Positions 51,986 through 62,082 of a stretch of DNA of 64,000 bases are shown here, one piece after another. The notes under the pieces are model-generated. The model ran no database searches, was not told where the DNA came from, and saw only the letters and a list, made by a program, of their open reading frames with translations. The position numbers and the translations under genes were made by a program. Positions within the stretch are counted from its first letter, which is position 1; each line of letters opens with the position of its first letter. Source of the DNA: an uncultured Methanolobus sp. (lineage in GTDB: Archaea > Halobacteriota > Methanosarcinia > Methanosarcinales > Methanosarcinaceae); contig OY776215.1 of the NCBI GenBank assembly GCA_963675495.1, positions 1,024,001 through 1,088,000 on the forward strand. Reading direction: 5' to 3'.

Positions 51986-52645
51986 ATGGCAAAAGATCTA
52001 CTTGAAAAGGGAGCAATTCTACAGCGAGACCAGGAAACATACGCAATAGCACCACATTTACCTGGTGGAATTGTTTCGGCTGAACATCTTGGAAAGATAG
52101 CAGATGTTGCAAAAAAGTACGGAGCTGCAACATTAAAAGTAACTTCATCACAGAGAGTAGCTATCGTAGGATTGAAAGAAGAGGATATCGATAAAGCCTG
52201 GGAAGACCTTGGAATAAAGCCAGGTGCAGCAATCGGACTTTGTGTCAGGAGTGTAAAGATATGCCCCGGTACGACGTTCTGTAAGCGTGGACAACAGGAT
52301 GCTGTAAGTCTTGGATTAAAACTTGATGAGAAATATCATGGAATGGAACTTCCATGCAAATTCAAAATGGCTGTTTCCGGATGTATGAACTCATGCTCAG
52401 AACCTGCTATCAAAGATATTGGTGTCATGGGTGCCCCAAAAGGCTACACTGTCATGGTCGGCGGAAATGCAGCTATCAAACCAAGAATCGCTGATGTCAT
52501 CGCAGATGAATTAAATGAGGATGAAGTACTTGCACTTGTAGACAAGATAATCAGCTTCACTAAAGCCAATGGATCAAAACACCGTCTTAGCAGAGTAATT
52601 GATGAGATGGGAATTGACAAATTCAAGGAAGAGATAGGCTTATAA
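51986..52645 (+). CDS. small nitrite/sulfite reductase-like protein (Dsr-LP type)
   Basis: CPGTTFC and SGCMNSC siroheme/Fe-S motifs. Confidence 0.85.
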   Translation: MAKDLLEKGAILQRDQETYAIAPHLPGGIVSAEHLGKIADVAKKYGAATLKVTSSQRVAIVGLKEEDIDKAWEDLGIKPGAAIGLCVRSVKICPGTTFCKRGQQDAVSLGLKLDEKYHGMELPCKFKMAVSGCMNSCSEPAIKDIGVMGAPKGYTVMVGGNAAIKPRIADVIADELNEDEVLALVDKIISFTKANGSKHRLSRVIDEMGIDKFKEEIGL

Positions 52646-52726
52646 TCGGAAGTATTTTTCAAAGGGGAATTTTCCCCAGATTTTCTTTTATTTTAAAATT
52701 AATTCTTTAAAAACGGAGTTGTTATT

Positions 52727-53068
52727 ATCGAAGATGTTAAACCGGTCACTAAAATTGCAGTAATAAGATGCGATATAGTTTCGGAAGCATGCCCGGGTGT
52801 CGGTTGCTTTATGGCATTTAATAAAAAGAGCATGCACTTTAGTGATTATGACGAAAATACAGAAATGGTTGCCTTCTTCACATGCGGAGGATGCTCCGGT
52901 CGCAGAATATATCGCCTGTTGAAATCGTTGAAAAAACGAGGAGTAGATGCTATCCACTTAAGTTCCTGTATGCAAATGGAAAACTACCCGAAATGCCCAC
53001 ACATCGATGAGATCAAGAGAACGGTTGAAAATGCAGGAATTAAACTTGTAGAAGGAACGCATCACTAA
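52727..53068 (+). CDS. CGGC domain protein with apparent non-canonical (ATC/ATT) start
   Basis: KIAVIRC..CPGVGC upstream of the first ATG; TCGGC, HLSSC, CP, GTH. Confidence 0.8.
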   Translation: MEDVKPVTKIAVIRCDIVSEACPGVGCFMAFNKKSMHFSDYDENTEMVAFFTCGGCSGRRIYRLLKSLKKRGVDAIHLSSCMQMENYPKCPHIDEIKRTVENAGIKLVEGTHH

Positions 53069-53085
53069 CACATGGAGAGAAAAAC

Positions 53086-53454
53086 ATGACCAGTAGAATG
53101 ATAGTAAAGATAGATGAAGATAAATGTACCGGATGTGGAAAATGTGTATCCCCCTGTGCTGAAGGAGCTATTCAGATCATTAACGGAAAGGCAAAGGTCG
53201 TTTCAGAGGAACTCTGTGACGGCATGGGATTCTGCATAGGAGTTTGTCCTGAAGGTGCTATTACCATCGAGAAAAGAGAAGCAATTCCCTTTGACCTGAG
53301 GAAAGCCGAATCACAACCAAAGAAGACTGATGTTTCTATCCAGTGTTTCAGTTGCGGTTGCGGTGAGAAGAACAATTACCTGATGCCTGTAAGACACAAT
53401 ATGGAAAGTCTCTGGGTTTGTACAAGATGTCTTCCAAAACTTATCCATGGATGA
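53086..53454 (+). CDS. 2x[4Fe-4S] ferredoxin with C-terminal zinc ribbon
   Basis: CTGCGKC..C, CDGMGFC..CP, CFSC..CTRC. Confidence 0.88.
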   Translation: MTSRMIVKIDEDKCTGCGKCVSPCAEGAIQIINGKAKVVSEELCDGMGFCIGVCPEGAITIEKREAIPFDLRKAESQPKKTDVSIQCFSCGCGEKNNYLMPVRHNMESLWVCTRCLPKLIHG

Positions 53455-54439
53455 GAGAATGGTAATTGAGATCGAGCTTAGCAAAGAAGCAGACTACCTC
53501 TGCGACTATACTTTCAATTTTTACTGGCACGACAAAAGTCTTGATCCCGACTCACTGATACCACATCAGAATGGTACTGAACTGACTTACAGGGACCTTG
53601 TCAATGAACTTAAGTCAGGTGGCGAGGTCCATATCAAAGGTAATGTATCAAAGAACTTTGCCTACAGTCTGGGTGCAGACCTTGGTCATTTCGGAGGAAG
53701 CGGAGAAGCTGAAAATACCGGCATGATATTCATTCAGGGAGATGTGGGTCCTGAAGCTGGTATGGGTATGATTGCCGGAGTCCTGTATATCAAAGGCAAT
53801 ATCGAATACCCAATCGGAAACATAGTGGAACTTGAATCCGACGTTCCAGATTACAGAAAATTCCGCTCGATCACAGATATTCTCTGCAACGGAATTGAAG
53901 AAGACAGACTCATAGATAATGACTATAGTGATAATGGAAGGATACTGACCCTTAAAGATGGAATTCCCAGAGGCACTGTTGCTGCAAGATGTCCGTGTAA
54001 ATCAAAGGTGATAATCGAAGGTGATGCCTACAACGGAACAGGTATGCTGGCAAAAAAAGCTACTGTGATCGTTAATGGTAATGCGGGCATGAACACAGGT
54101 TCACACCTTAACGGAGGAACTGTTGTGGTCCATGGAGACGTTGGAGAATTTGCAGGTGCTTATATGAAAGATGGGAAACTCGTGTTCCAGAGTGCTAAAG
54201 GTTTCATTGGTGCTGCAATGGAAGGTGGCTCCATCTATTCAAAAAGTAAGGCAAAGACAAGTCCCCCTGCTGCAAAGTCCAGAATGAAAGGAGAGGATAG
54301 CGCACTCATAAGAGAGCTAATGAATGCTGGAAGGGTTGAGTCAATGCTCTATAACAAGTACGAACCAGAGAAAGAAAAAGAAAAATTTGTGGAAGTCCAC
54401 ATGCGTGACGGGTCAATAGTTATGCGTAAGATCGAATGA
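53447..54439 (+). CDS. GXGXG (FwdC/GltB-C-like) beta-helix protein
   Basis: Repeated GxxMxGG / GDVG motifs. Confidence 0.8.
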   Translation: MDERMVIEIELSKEADYLCDYTFNFYWHDKSLDPDSLIPHQNGTELTYRDLVNELKSGGEVHIKGNVSKNFAYSLGADLGHFGGSGEAENTGMIFIQGDVGPEAGMGMIAGVLYIKGNIEYPIGNIVELESDVPDYRKFRSITDILCNGIEEDRLIDNDYSDNGRILTLKDGIPRGTVAARCPCKSKVIIEGDAYNGTGMLAKKATVIVNGNAGMNTGSHLNGGTVVVHGDVGEFAGAYMKDGKLVFQSAKGFIGAAMEGGSIYSKSKAKTSPPAAKSRMKGEDSALIRELMNAGRVESMLYNKYEPEKEKEKFVEVHMRDGSIVMRKIE

Positions 54440-54441
54440 CC

Positions 54442-56184
54442 TCACGCCTTATTCAGCATTACCCAGAAAACAGAACCTTTGCCCTGTGGATTATCTTCTA
54501 CACCAACAGTACCCTTGTGAATATCGACTATCCTTTTTACAATAGCAAGACCAAGACCAGTTCCTTTTATTCCTTTTTTGTCAGCCCTTTTGAATCTCTC
54601 AAAAATATATGGCTTCACTTCATCTGGAATCCCATCTCCTTCATCGATTACCATTATTTTCCAACTATTGTTAACATCAACAATTTCTAATTTGACCGTA
54701 CTGCCCGATGGACCATATTTAAGAGCATTGGATATCAGATTGGAAAAGACATCCTCCATTACATCGTTTATTCTGCAAGGATACGTACCTTCGATATCGA
54801 AGTCAAGCACAACATCTTTGTTTGTGAATTCTGAGGAAAAACTGTCTGCAACCTGCAACAATAAGAAACCTACATCCTTTGTTTCAAATTCCATCTCTTC
54901 ATATGATTCAAGTTTGGCAAGTTTGGCAGCAGAACCTATCATCGAGATCAAATGATCGGTGTGTTCGTTTATCAATTTGAGTTTTTCTTTTTTCTGCGAA
55001 TCGGTTTCTTCAGTGTACAAAACATCACTGAAACCCTTGATAATACTTGCCGGATTTAACAGGTCATGCCTCATGATATCGGTAAAAAGGTCCTTCAGTT
55101 TATTTGAAGTCTCAAGCTTTGATTTTTTTACCTTTTCCAACGTTAAACGTGAATGTACCTCTATAATTATGAATAACATCAAAATGAGGACCAAAATATA
55201 CCAGTGTTGCACCAGTACATCCATAAGAGATACCACACCATAATCAACGTAAGGCCCCATCCTGAGCTCTCGCATAAGTTCATCAATAGAACTATAATCT
55301 GCTGGAACGGACCATCCATTTGAAGCAAGGGCAATAGCAGGTGTACTATTTGGAGCAATCCTCAAAAGAGCAATAGAAACCTCTTTGGAAATATTATCAG
55401 GTGTAGAGCTTGTCTTTGCAAATGCCCAGTCGGGGTAAATATCTGTACTTGCCAGGAAAGGATAATCATCATATTCCTTTTGATCCAGGACTTTGACATC
55501 TTCAATATTGATCTTGCCTTCAAGAAGCATTTTTTCAAGAGTACCTGCCCTTACCGTACCGGCATCCACATCACCGTTGACAATTGCAAAAACAACATTG
55601 TCATGCGTATGGCCATATTTTAGTTCGCCAAGGTCTTTTCTGTAGTCAATTCCATTGCGCTGCAATTCTCCCATTGCAGCCAGAAATCCTCCAAAAGAAA
55701 ATTCACTTACTGCCATGAAAGATCTTCCTTTCAGGTCCTGTACAGAATTAATATCATCTCTGCTAGCATTGGCAATGATCACCCCCCCAAGACCTGAGTA
55801 TGGAGAGTTGTTCCATACAGGATGGAAAGTTGCTATCCTGCTGGCTCCATAACTGCGCTCCATTTCCACATAAAGCATGGGATTTGCATAGAAGAAATCA
55901 ACATCATCATTGCTTACAGTAAGGACAAAATCATCATAATCCAAAGGTACAATTTCAAAACTTGAATTCGGAATGTTAAGTGACAGGTAATTCGCAGTTG
56001 GAGTCCATAACTCCATTGAATTTTCCTTGTCTCCATAAACAGAAAGAACACCAATCCTGTAAGAGTTGGGTTCACAATTTATCACGGGAACAAGAATTGC
56101 ATTGATGATGAGTAAAAGCAATATCATCCTGACAAATGAACCCGATAGTTCCTTATTTATTAAGACTCCCCCGAGAAGATCCAA
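54442..56184 (-). CDS. membrane sensor histidine kinase with PhnD-like substrate-binding domain
   Basis: Phosphonate-binding-like extracellular domain, TM, RHDLLNP, NALKY, GTGLGL. Confidence 0.85.
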   Translation of the reverse strand: MDLLGGVLINKELSGSFVRMILLLLIINAILVPVINCEPNSYRIGVLSVYGDKENSMELWTPTANYLSLNIPNSSFEIVPLDYDDFVLTVSNDDVDFFYANPMLYVEMERSYGASRIATFHPVWNNSPYSGLGGVIIANASRDDINSVQDLKGRSFMAVSEFSFGGFLAAMGELQRNGIDYRKDLGELKYGHTHDNVVFAIVNGDVDAGTVRAGTLEKMLLEGKINIEDVKVLDQKEYDDYPFLASTDIYPDWAFAKTSSTPDNISKEVSIALLRIAPNSTPAIALASNGWSVPADYSSIDELMRELRMGPYVDYGVVSLMDVLVQHWYILVLILMLFIIIEVHSRLTLEKVKKSKLETSNKLKDLFTDIMRHDLLNPASIIKGFSDVLYTEETDSQKKEKLKLINEHTDHLISMIGSAAKLAKLESYEEMEFETKDVGFLLLQVADSFSSEFTNKDVVLDFDIEGTYPCRINDVMEDVFSNLISNALKYGPSGSTVKLEIVDVNNSWKIMVIDEGDGIPDEVKPYIFERFKRADKKGIKGTGLGLAIVKRIVDIHKGTVGVEDNPQGKGSVFWVMLNKA

Positions 56185-56254
56185 ATGCGCCTATGATAGT
56201 GAACATATTTATGGATATTGGAATGTTCTTTTGGCTTAAATAAAATAATGTCAA

Positions 56255-57694
56255 TTATTTTACCTCAATGAACTTCAAAAGATTTGTGCCACCTGGCTTT
56301 CCATGACCTGACACCTGTCCCTGGGTAAGAATTACCATATCTCCCGAATCCACAATACTTGCTTTATTCAGAGCATCCATGACTGTTTCCTCCCAATCAT
56401 CCACTTTCTGACGGGTAAGCACGGGATACACTGCGTATTGTATTGCAAGTTGTTCACATGTCAGAGGATAGCGGCTAAAAGCAAGTATCCAGATATCTGG
56501 CCTGAATCTTGAAATATGCCGGGGAGTCTTCCCGGAAACCGTAGGAGTAATAACATAACGTACAGACAGACTGCGAAGTGCATCATTTACCTGTATGGAT
56601 ATCATATCCTCCACACTCATATTCATTTTCTGGATAGCCTTTTTCATCATTTCAAGGCCTATTGTCGTATGATCTCTCCATTTTTCCGTGGACCTGGCGA
56701 TCCTTGCCATCATCCTCACTGTTTCAACAGGATATTTTCCTACAGCAGTTTCCGCAGAAAGCATGATTGCATCTGTCCCATCTATTATCGCATTTGCCAC
56801 ATCTGTGGCTTCAGCCCTTGTAGGCCGGATATTGCCCGTCATTGATTCAAGCATCTGTGTTGCTGTTATTACCGGAGTGCTCATTAGGTTAGCCTTATGG
56901 ATGATATCCTTTTGCACGATAGGAACGTCCTGTATTGGAATTTCAACGCCAAGATCTCCACGGGCTATCATAATGGCATTGCTCACTCTGATGATAGAGT
57001 CTATATTCTCTACAGCTTTTTCCCTTTCGATCTTTGAAACGATGAATATATCCTTGCCCTTACTTTCTGCATAGTTTCGAACCTCAATGACATCCTCTTT
57101 TGATTCTATGAAAGAAAGACAGAATATGCTCAAGCCTTCCTCAAGTCCAAAATCAATAATCTCCAAATCCCTTCCGGTTATGGGATTGATAAATAATCTG
57201 GAACCTGGTAAATTAATACCTTTTTTAGAGAAAAGAGGACCACCAACAACGACTTCACAATAGATATCTTCGCCTTCAATGTGTGTGCAATCAAGCTGAA
57301 TGAAACCATCGTTCAAATAAATAGGACTACCGGGAGTCACACTATCTGTAATCTGTTTGTACTGAACAGGAATCAGTGAATCCTTTCCAAGAACTTCACG
57401 TGAAGTAAGAACAACCTGTTGGCCTCTTTCCAGTATCATTGGCTCATTCTGGATGACGCCTACCCTTATCTTTGGACCTGGAAGGTCTGCCATTATAGCC
57501 ACTACTCTATTGAGTTCTTTGGCAATCGCCCGTATTCTTTTGATAATAGTACGATGGTCATCCATATCGCCATGAGAAAAATTCAAGCGGGCGACATTCA
57601 TTCCCTGAATGATAAGTTCCCGGAGTACTTCCTCTGAAGAAGAGGCCGGGCCAATAGTGCATACGATCTTTGTTTTATGATCAGGCAAATCCAT
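56255..57694 (-). CDS. pyk: pyruvate kinase
   Basis: TKIVCTIGP, RLNFSHG, ARGDLG, TQMLESM, DAIMLSAETA. Confidence 0.97.
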   Translation of the reverse strand: MDLPDHKTKIVCTIGPASSSEEVLRELIIQGMNVARLNFSHGDMDDHRTIIKRIRAIAKELNRVVAIMADLPGPKIRVGVIQNEPMILERGQQVVLTSREVLGKDSLIPVQYKQITDSVTPGSPIYLNDGFIQLDCTHIEGEDIYCEVVVGGPLFSKKGINLPGSRLFINPITGRDLEIIDFGLEEGLSIFCLSFIESKEDVIEVRNYAESKGKDIFIVSKIEREKAVENIDSIIRVSNAIMIARGDLGVEIPIQDVPIVQKDIIHKANLMSTPVITATQMLESMTGNIRPTRAEATDVANAIIDGTDAIMLSAETAVGKYPVETVRMMARIARSTEKWRDHTTIGLEMMKKAIQKMNMSVEDMISIQVNDALRSLSVRYVITPTVSGKTPRHISRFRPDIWILAFSRYPLTCEQLAIQYAVYPVLTRQKVDDWEETVMDALNKASIVDSGDMVILTQGQVSGHGKPGGTNLLKFIEVK

Positions 57695-57855
57695 ACTTGT
57701 TCCCACCTTTGAAGATAAACAGCAATTTATTCCGTATTCCTTTATGGAACTGATTGAATTAAGGCTTATTCAGAAGTATTCAAGTCACTATATATATGAT
57801 ACATCGTTAAAAAATGTTAAGAATAAGAGAATCCAATACACAAATGGGGTTTACT

Positions 57856-60800
57856 ATGACAAATTCGATGTATGAATTAACTGAGCAGCAAAAGAAAGAA
57901 CTGACCCAGATCTTTGGAAGAGGAGTCAATTTCAAAGATAAAGAAAGACACTTTTACACACATGATGTAGGAGCATTGCCATCACTTGTGAAAAAAATAG
58001 TAGGCAAAACAAAGCCTGCTGCAATTGTTAAGGTCAAGGATGAAAAAAAGGTTATTGAACTTGTTAATTTTGCACGAAAATACAAGATCCCGATCGTACC
58101 AAGAGCAGGAGCTTCATCAGGATATGGTGGTATCATTCCTACGAAGGGAGGAATTATTGCCGACGTAACCCCAATGAGGGAAATTATCGATATTGACAAA
58201 GAGAATCTCAAGGTGACCGTAGGCGCAGGTGCAATATGGTATGACCTTGAGTCAAAACTCAATGAGGAGGGGCTGGCCGTACGGGCAGTTCCATCAAGCG
58301 CACTTTCTGCAACTGTAGGTGGATGGCTTGCACAGAATGGTGTTGGTTATGGAAGTTATGAATACGGCTGGTCACAGGATACCATGGAATCTGCAAAGGT
58401 TGTCCTGGCAAATGGTGAAATAAAAGAATTCTCAGGCGATGAACTTGGAAAGATAATCGGTACTATGGGAACTACCGGGATAATCACGCAGGTTACTCTG
58501 AAATTGAGAAAATTCGAAAAGACCGCTGCAATCTCTGCAGGATTCCCCGATGCCTCCAGCATGAAGGAAGCGATCAGGAAAGTAGAGGAGAAGAATATAC
58601 CTATATGGGCCATCTCGTTCTTGAATCCACAATGGGCTGACATGAAGAATAACGCCCCTTATAAAACACATTACGGAGAAACTGTTGATGAACACAGGCC
58701 GGAACTTCCACATTCCTACATATGTAATTTCGCCTATCCCGAGTCAAGGGATGTCAATGGCCTTGAAGATTTAATAAAGGAATCTGGCGGAGAGATACTG
58801 CCAGACGAAATTGCCGAGCATGAAACACAGGAATGGTTCAGATCCATGAAAGTAAAGAGACTTGGGCCGTCATTTATTCCTGCTGAAGTTGTGGTACCAG
58901 TTGACAAAATCGACACCATATTCAAGGAAATTGATAAGAAGATAGGACTTCCTGTACTGGTTGAGGGAATGGTGACCAAAGGAAAAGAAACCATAATGCT
59001 TTGTTTCATCCCTCACTCGGAAAGATCCTTCAAGTACAACCTTGCTTTCCCACTTGCCCTTAGCATTGTGAAGATAGCTGAGGAGAACGGTGGAAGGATA
59101 TATGCATCAGGTCTCTATTTTGCGCAACAGGCAGATAAGGTCTACAAAAAGCGCCTGCCTCTTATTGAAGAGTTTAAAAAACAGACTGATCCCGATGACA
59201 TAATGAACCCTGAGACATTGACAGGAAAAACAATGCTGAAGACCGGGCTTTCCTTTGCAAAAACCTTCGAACCTATGGCTCGTATGGTAGGCAATATGTC
59301 AGGTGTTGGTAAGCAGGAATTCAAGGATGAGAAGAAAATACCAGGCGACATCATTTCCCATGCTTACACCTGTGCACAGTGTGGATACTGTGTGAATGAG
59401 TGTGACCAATACTACGGACGTGGCTGGGAATCACAATCACCTCGTGGAAAATGGTTTTTCATTAAGGAATATCTTGCCGGAAAGATGGAGCTTGATCAGG
59501 AGCAGGTAGATACTTTCCTTGCCTGTACCACCTGTGAGATGTGTGATTACTACTGCCAGCTTGACCTTCCAATTGAGCGTTCATGGATGACACTTAGAGA
59601 GAACTTTGTCCAGAAGAGAGGCATGATGACCATACCTCCGTTTGAGATTATGGCGCAGAGTCTTGATAAGGAGAGGAACATCTGGGCAAACTACAGAGTA
59701 GACAGGGATAAGTGGCTGCCTGATGACATCAGAGCAAAGATCAAAGACAAGGCGGATATCGCATACTTTGCAGGGTGTACCGCATCCTTTGTGGAAAAGG
59801 ACGTAGCGATAGGTACTGTTCGTTTGCTTGATGAAGCAGGTATCGATTTCGCATATCTTGGTGATAAGGAATCGTGTTGTGGAATTCCGATGCTCGTTGC
59901 CGGAAAGTGGGATGTGTTCGAAAGAATCCTGAAAATGAACATTGCCAACATGCAGAAAATAGGTGCAAAGACAGTTGTTACGTCATGTCCTGCCTGTCTG
60001 CTTATGTGGAGAACTATCTATCCACAGTGGGCCGAGAAACTTGGAATGGAATTTGACATCGAAGCAAAGCACTATTCAGAAGTGCTCATGGATAAGCTGG
60101 ATGTGCTGAAGCCAAAGTTTAAGGTGCCGATCAACAAGACTATTGCATGGCATGATTCATGCCACCTGGGAAGAGCTGGTGCAGGTGTCTATGAACCTCC
60201 AAGAGAGTTACTAAAAGCGATTCCGGGAGTGAAGTTCAAAGAGATGGAGCACAACCGTGAAGAAGCTCTCTGCTGCGGTTCTGTTGTAACACTTATCGAT
60301 GAGCCGAAAGTGGCTAGCAAGATTGGAAATGTCCGTTTGCAGGAGGCTGTTGACCAGGATGCTGACATTATGGCTGCACTCTGTCCGTGCTGCCTTGTTC
60401 AGTTCAGGGTTGCTGCAAGGGATAATAATGTTGATGTGAAGATCGAGGACCTTGGAGCACTCGCAGCCCGCAGTCTTGGATATGACCTACCGGATACGAC
60501 AAACGACGCTCTTGTTGCGTGGGCGACCTTCGAGAAGATGATAGAACTGATGGAACCGGAGAACATGACCGAAATGATGGTGGAACTACTGCCTGATATG
60601 ATCGGCGCAATGCCTTCATACATGCAGGCTATGATGAAAACGGTGAAGTACGTGCCGGGTATGGATGTGCTCATGAAACCCATGATGCCAGTAATGATGC
60701 CGATGCTCATGCCGTCTTTGATGCCGAAGGTTATGCCAAAGATGCTCAAGGCTGTTGAAAAGAGAGTGCCTATGCCGGATTATATGAAAGAACAGATGCC

Positions 60801-60903
60801 TGATCTCATGCCGGATGCAATGGGTAATCTTTTGCCTAACATGCTTCCTCAGATCATACCCCTACTGACACCGGAGATGATAGCTTATATCAAGGCAAAC
60901 TGA
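57856..60903 (+). CDS. FAD-linked oxidase (GlcD/LDH-like) fused to HdrD/GlpC-type Fe-S/CCG domain, Met/Pro-rich tail
   Basis: PRAGAS, TVGGW, DPDDIMNP, 2x CxxCxxC, CCG motifs. Confidence 0.88.
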   Translation: MTNSMYELTEQQKKELTQIFGRGVNFKDKERHFYTHDVGALPSLVKKIVGKTKPAAIVKVKDEKKVIELVNFARKYKIPIVPRAGASSGYGGIIPTKGGIIADVTPMREIIDIDKENLKVTVGAGAIWYDLESKLNEEGLAVRAVPSSALSATVGGWLAQNGVGYGSYEYGWSQDTMESAKVVLANGEIKEFSGDELGKIIGTMGTTGIITQVTLKLRKFEKTAAISAGFPDASSMKEAIRKVEEKNIPIWAISFLNPQWADMKNNAPYKTHYGETVDEHRPELPHSYICNFAYPESRDVNGLEDLIKESGGEILPDEIAEHETQEWFRSMKVKRLGPSFIPAEVVVPVDKIDTIFKEIDKKIGLPVLVEGMVTKGKETIMLCFIPHSERSFKYNLAFPLALSIVKIAEENGGRIYASGLYFAQQADKVYKKRLPLIEEFKKQTDPDDIMNPETLTGKTMLKTGLSFAKTFEPMARMVGNMSGVGKQEFKDEKKIPGDIISHAYTCAQCGYCVNECDQYYGRGWESQSPRGKWFFIKEYLAGKMELDQEQVDTFLACTTCEMCDYYCQLDLPIERSWMTLRENFVQKRGMMTIPPFEIMAQSLDKERNIWANYRVDRDKWLPDDIRAKIKDKADIAYFAGCTASFVEKDVAIGTVRLLDEAGIDFAYLGDKESCCGIPMLVAGKWDVFERILKMNIANMQKIGAKTVVTSCPACLLMWRTIYPQWAEKLGMEFDIEAKHYSEVLMDKLDVLKPKFKVPINKTIAWHDSCHLGRAGAGVYEPPRELLKAIPGVKFKEMEHNREEALCCGSVVTLIDEPKVASKIGNVRLQEAVDQDADIMAALCPCCLVQFRVAARDNNVDVKIEDLGALAARSLGYDLPDTTNDALVAWATFEKMIELMEPENMTEMMVELLPDMIGAMPSYMQAMMKTVKYVPGMDVLMKPMMPVMMPMLMPSLMPKVMPKMLKAVEKRVPMPDYMKEQMPDLMPDAMGNLLPNMLPQIIPLLTPEMIAYIKAN

Positions 60904-60916
60904 AAGAAAGAATAAA

Positions 60917-61498
60917 TTATTTCTTCCACTGATTGGCCCTTTTGTTGTCCTCAGCAAGAAGGGCTGTTTCCTCTATTCTTTTCTTTCTTGTCTTTTCAGT
61001 TCTTGCAAGTGCTATCCACGAGAGTATATTTTTCCTGACACCATCCGGGAAATTCTGGTAATTTTCCCTGGAGTGCTCATATTTATCGAATTGATTTCCA
61101 AGATCTTCAGGAATTATCAGGTTTTCGGCATCTTTTAGTATATCCCATGAACCATACATCTTTGCCGCTTCCACAAGTTCCAGTGCGTAGTCCGTCATCC
61201 TGTTCTCATCTATTAATTTTTTAACTCTTTCTTTATTGGTTCTGGTCCATACGCTTTTTGGATTTCTGGGTGAGAACCATTGCATGCTTCTTTCATCATC
61301 AAGTTTTCGGACCTTACTATCTATCCAACCAAAGCTAAGAGCTTCCTCTACAGCGTCCTCGTACTCAATACGCGGCTTACCCGTGTGTTTTTTGTACGTG
61401 ACCAACCAGACACCATTGCTTTTCTTGTAATTGGCTTTGAGCCAATTGTGCCATTCATCCATCTTTAAAGGGTGTAACCTTCCCTTATCAGAATTCAT
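60917..61498 (-). CDS. YdeI/OmpD-associated family protein
   Basis: EALSFGWIDS, PRNPKSVW, ARTEKTRKKRI. Confidence 0.88.
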   Translation of the reverse strand: MNSDKGRLHPLKMDEWHNWLKANYKKSNGVWLVTYKKHTGKPRIEYEDAVEEALSFGWIDSKVRKLDDERSMQWFSPRNPKSVWTRTNKERVKKLIDENRMTDYALELVEAAKMYGSWDILKDAENLIIPEDLGNQFDKYEHSRENYQNFPDGVRKNILSWIALARTEKTRKKRIEETALLAEDNKRANQWKK

Positions 61499-61585
61499 AA
61501 AAATATCTCACAGACCTAGAACAATTATCTTCATATGAACATTTCCAGATGCATGATATAAATATCGGGGAATTTTAGGCGCTCA

Positions 61586-61861
61586 TCACCTGAGTTGAAA
61601 TGAGACGCTTACGTTGTTACCAACTTCAATATCCTCTTTTTTTCTCACTTTTGCATTCAATGCAATGAAATGAGTTCCGTCCCCCATGGGTAAAAGTGAT
61701 GTATCCCACGAACTGCTTCCAACACTTGCTCTGATGGGTATAAGGCCTCTTTGAGCCCTGTGGAGTAGTTTTTCTGTGATTCCAATTGGAACTCTCACAT
61801 ATACCCATCCTCCTTTTTGAGGAAATAGCTCAGCCTTCCCCTCAATTTCAAAGATAGCCAT
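61586..61861 (-). CDS. DUF1905 domain protein
   Basis: GGWVYVRVP, TSLLPMGDG. Confidence 0.82.
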   Translation of the reverse strand: MAIFEIEGKAELFPQKGGWVYVRVPIGITEKLLHRAQRGLIPIRASVGSSSWDTSLLPMGDGTHFIALNAKVRKKEDIEVGNNVSVSFQLR

Positions 61862-62060
61862 AATAAGAAATTGTCATTGAGATATTTAAGTGGAACAGGA
61901 CTTCGTTCTGTAGAAACCGTGCATAAACTGACTGAGATCAAACACTAAAATTAAGTAACAGATATCCTGCAATCGATTTTTATTTGTTTATTCATTTTTC
62001 ACATTGCTTTATTGTTCTGTTGTTTTATTTCTCCTTTCCAGCAAACGTTAAGTCTAAATA

Positions 62061-62082
62061 GTTATGCATTATTATGCATAAC
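62061..62082. promoter_or_regulatory. palindromic operator before DUF134 gene
   Basis: GTTATGCAT-TATT-ATGCATAAC abutting the ATG. Confidence 0.6.
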
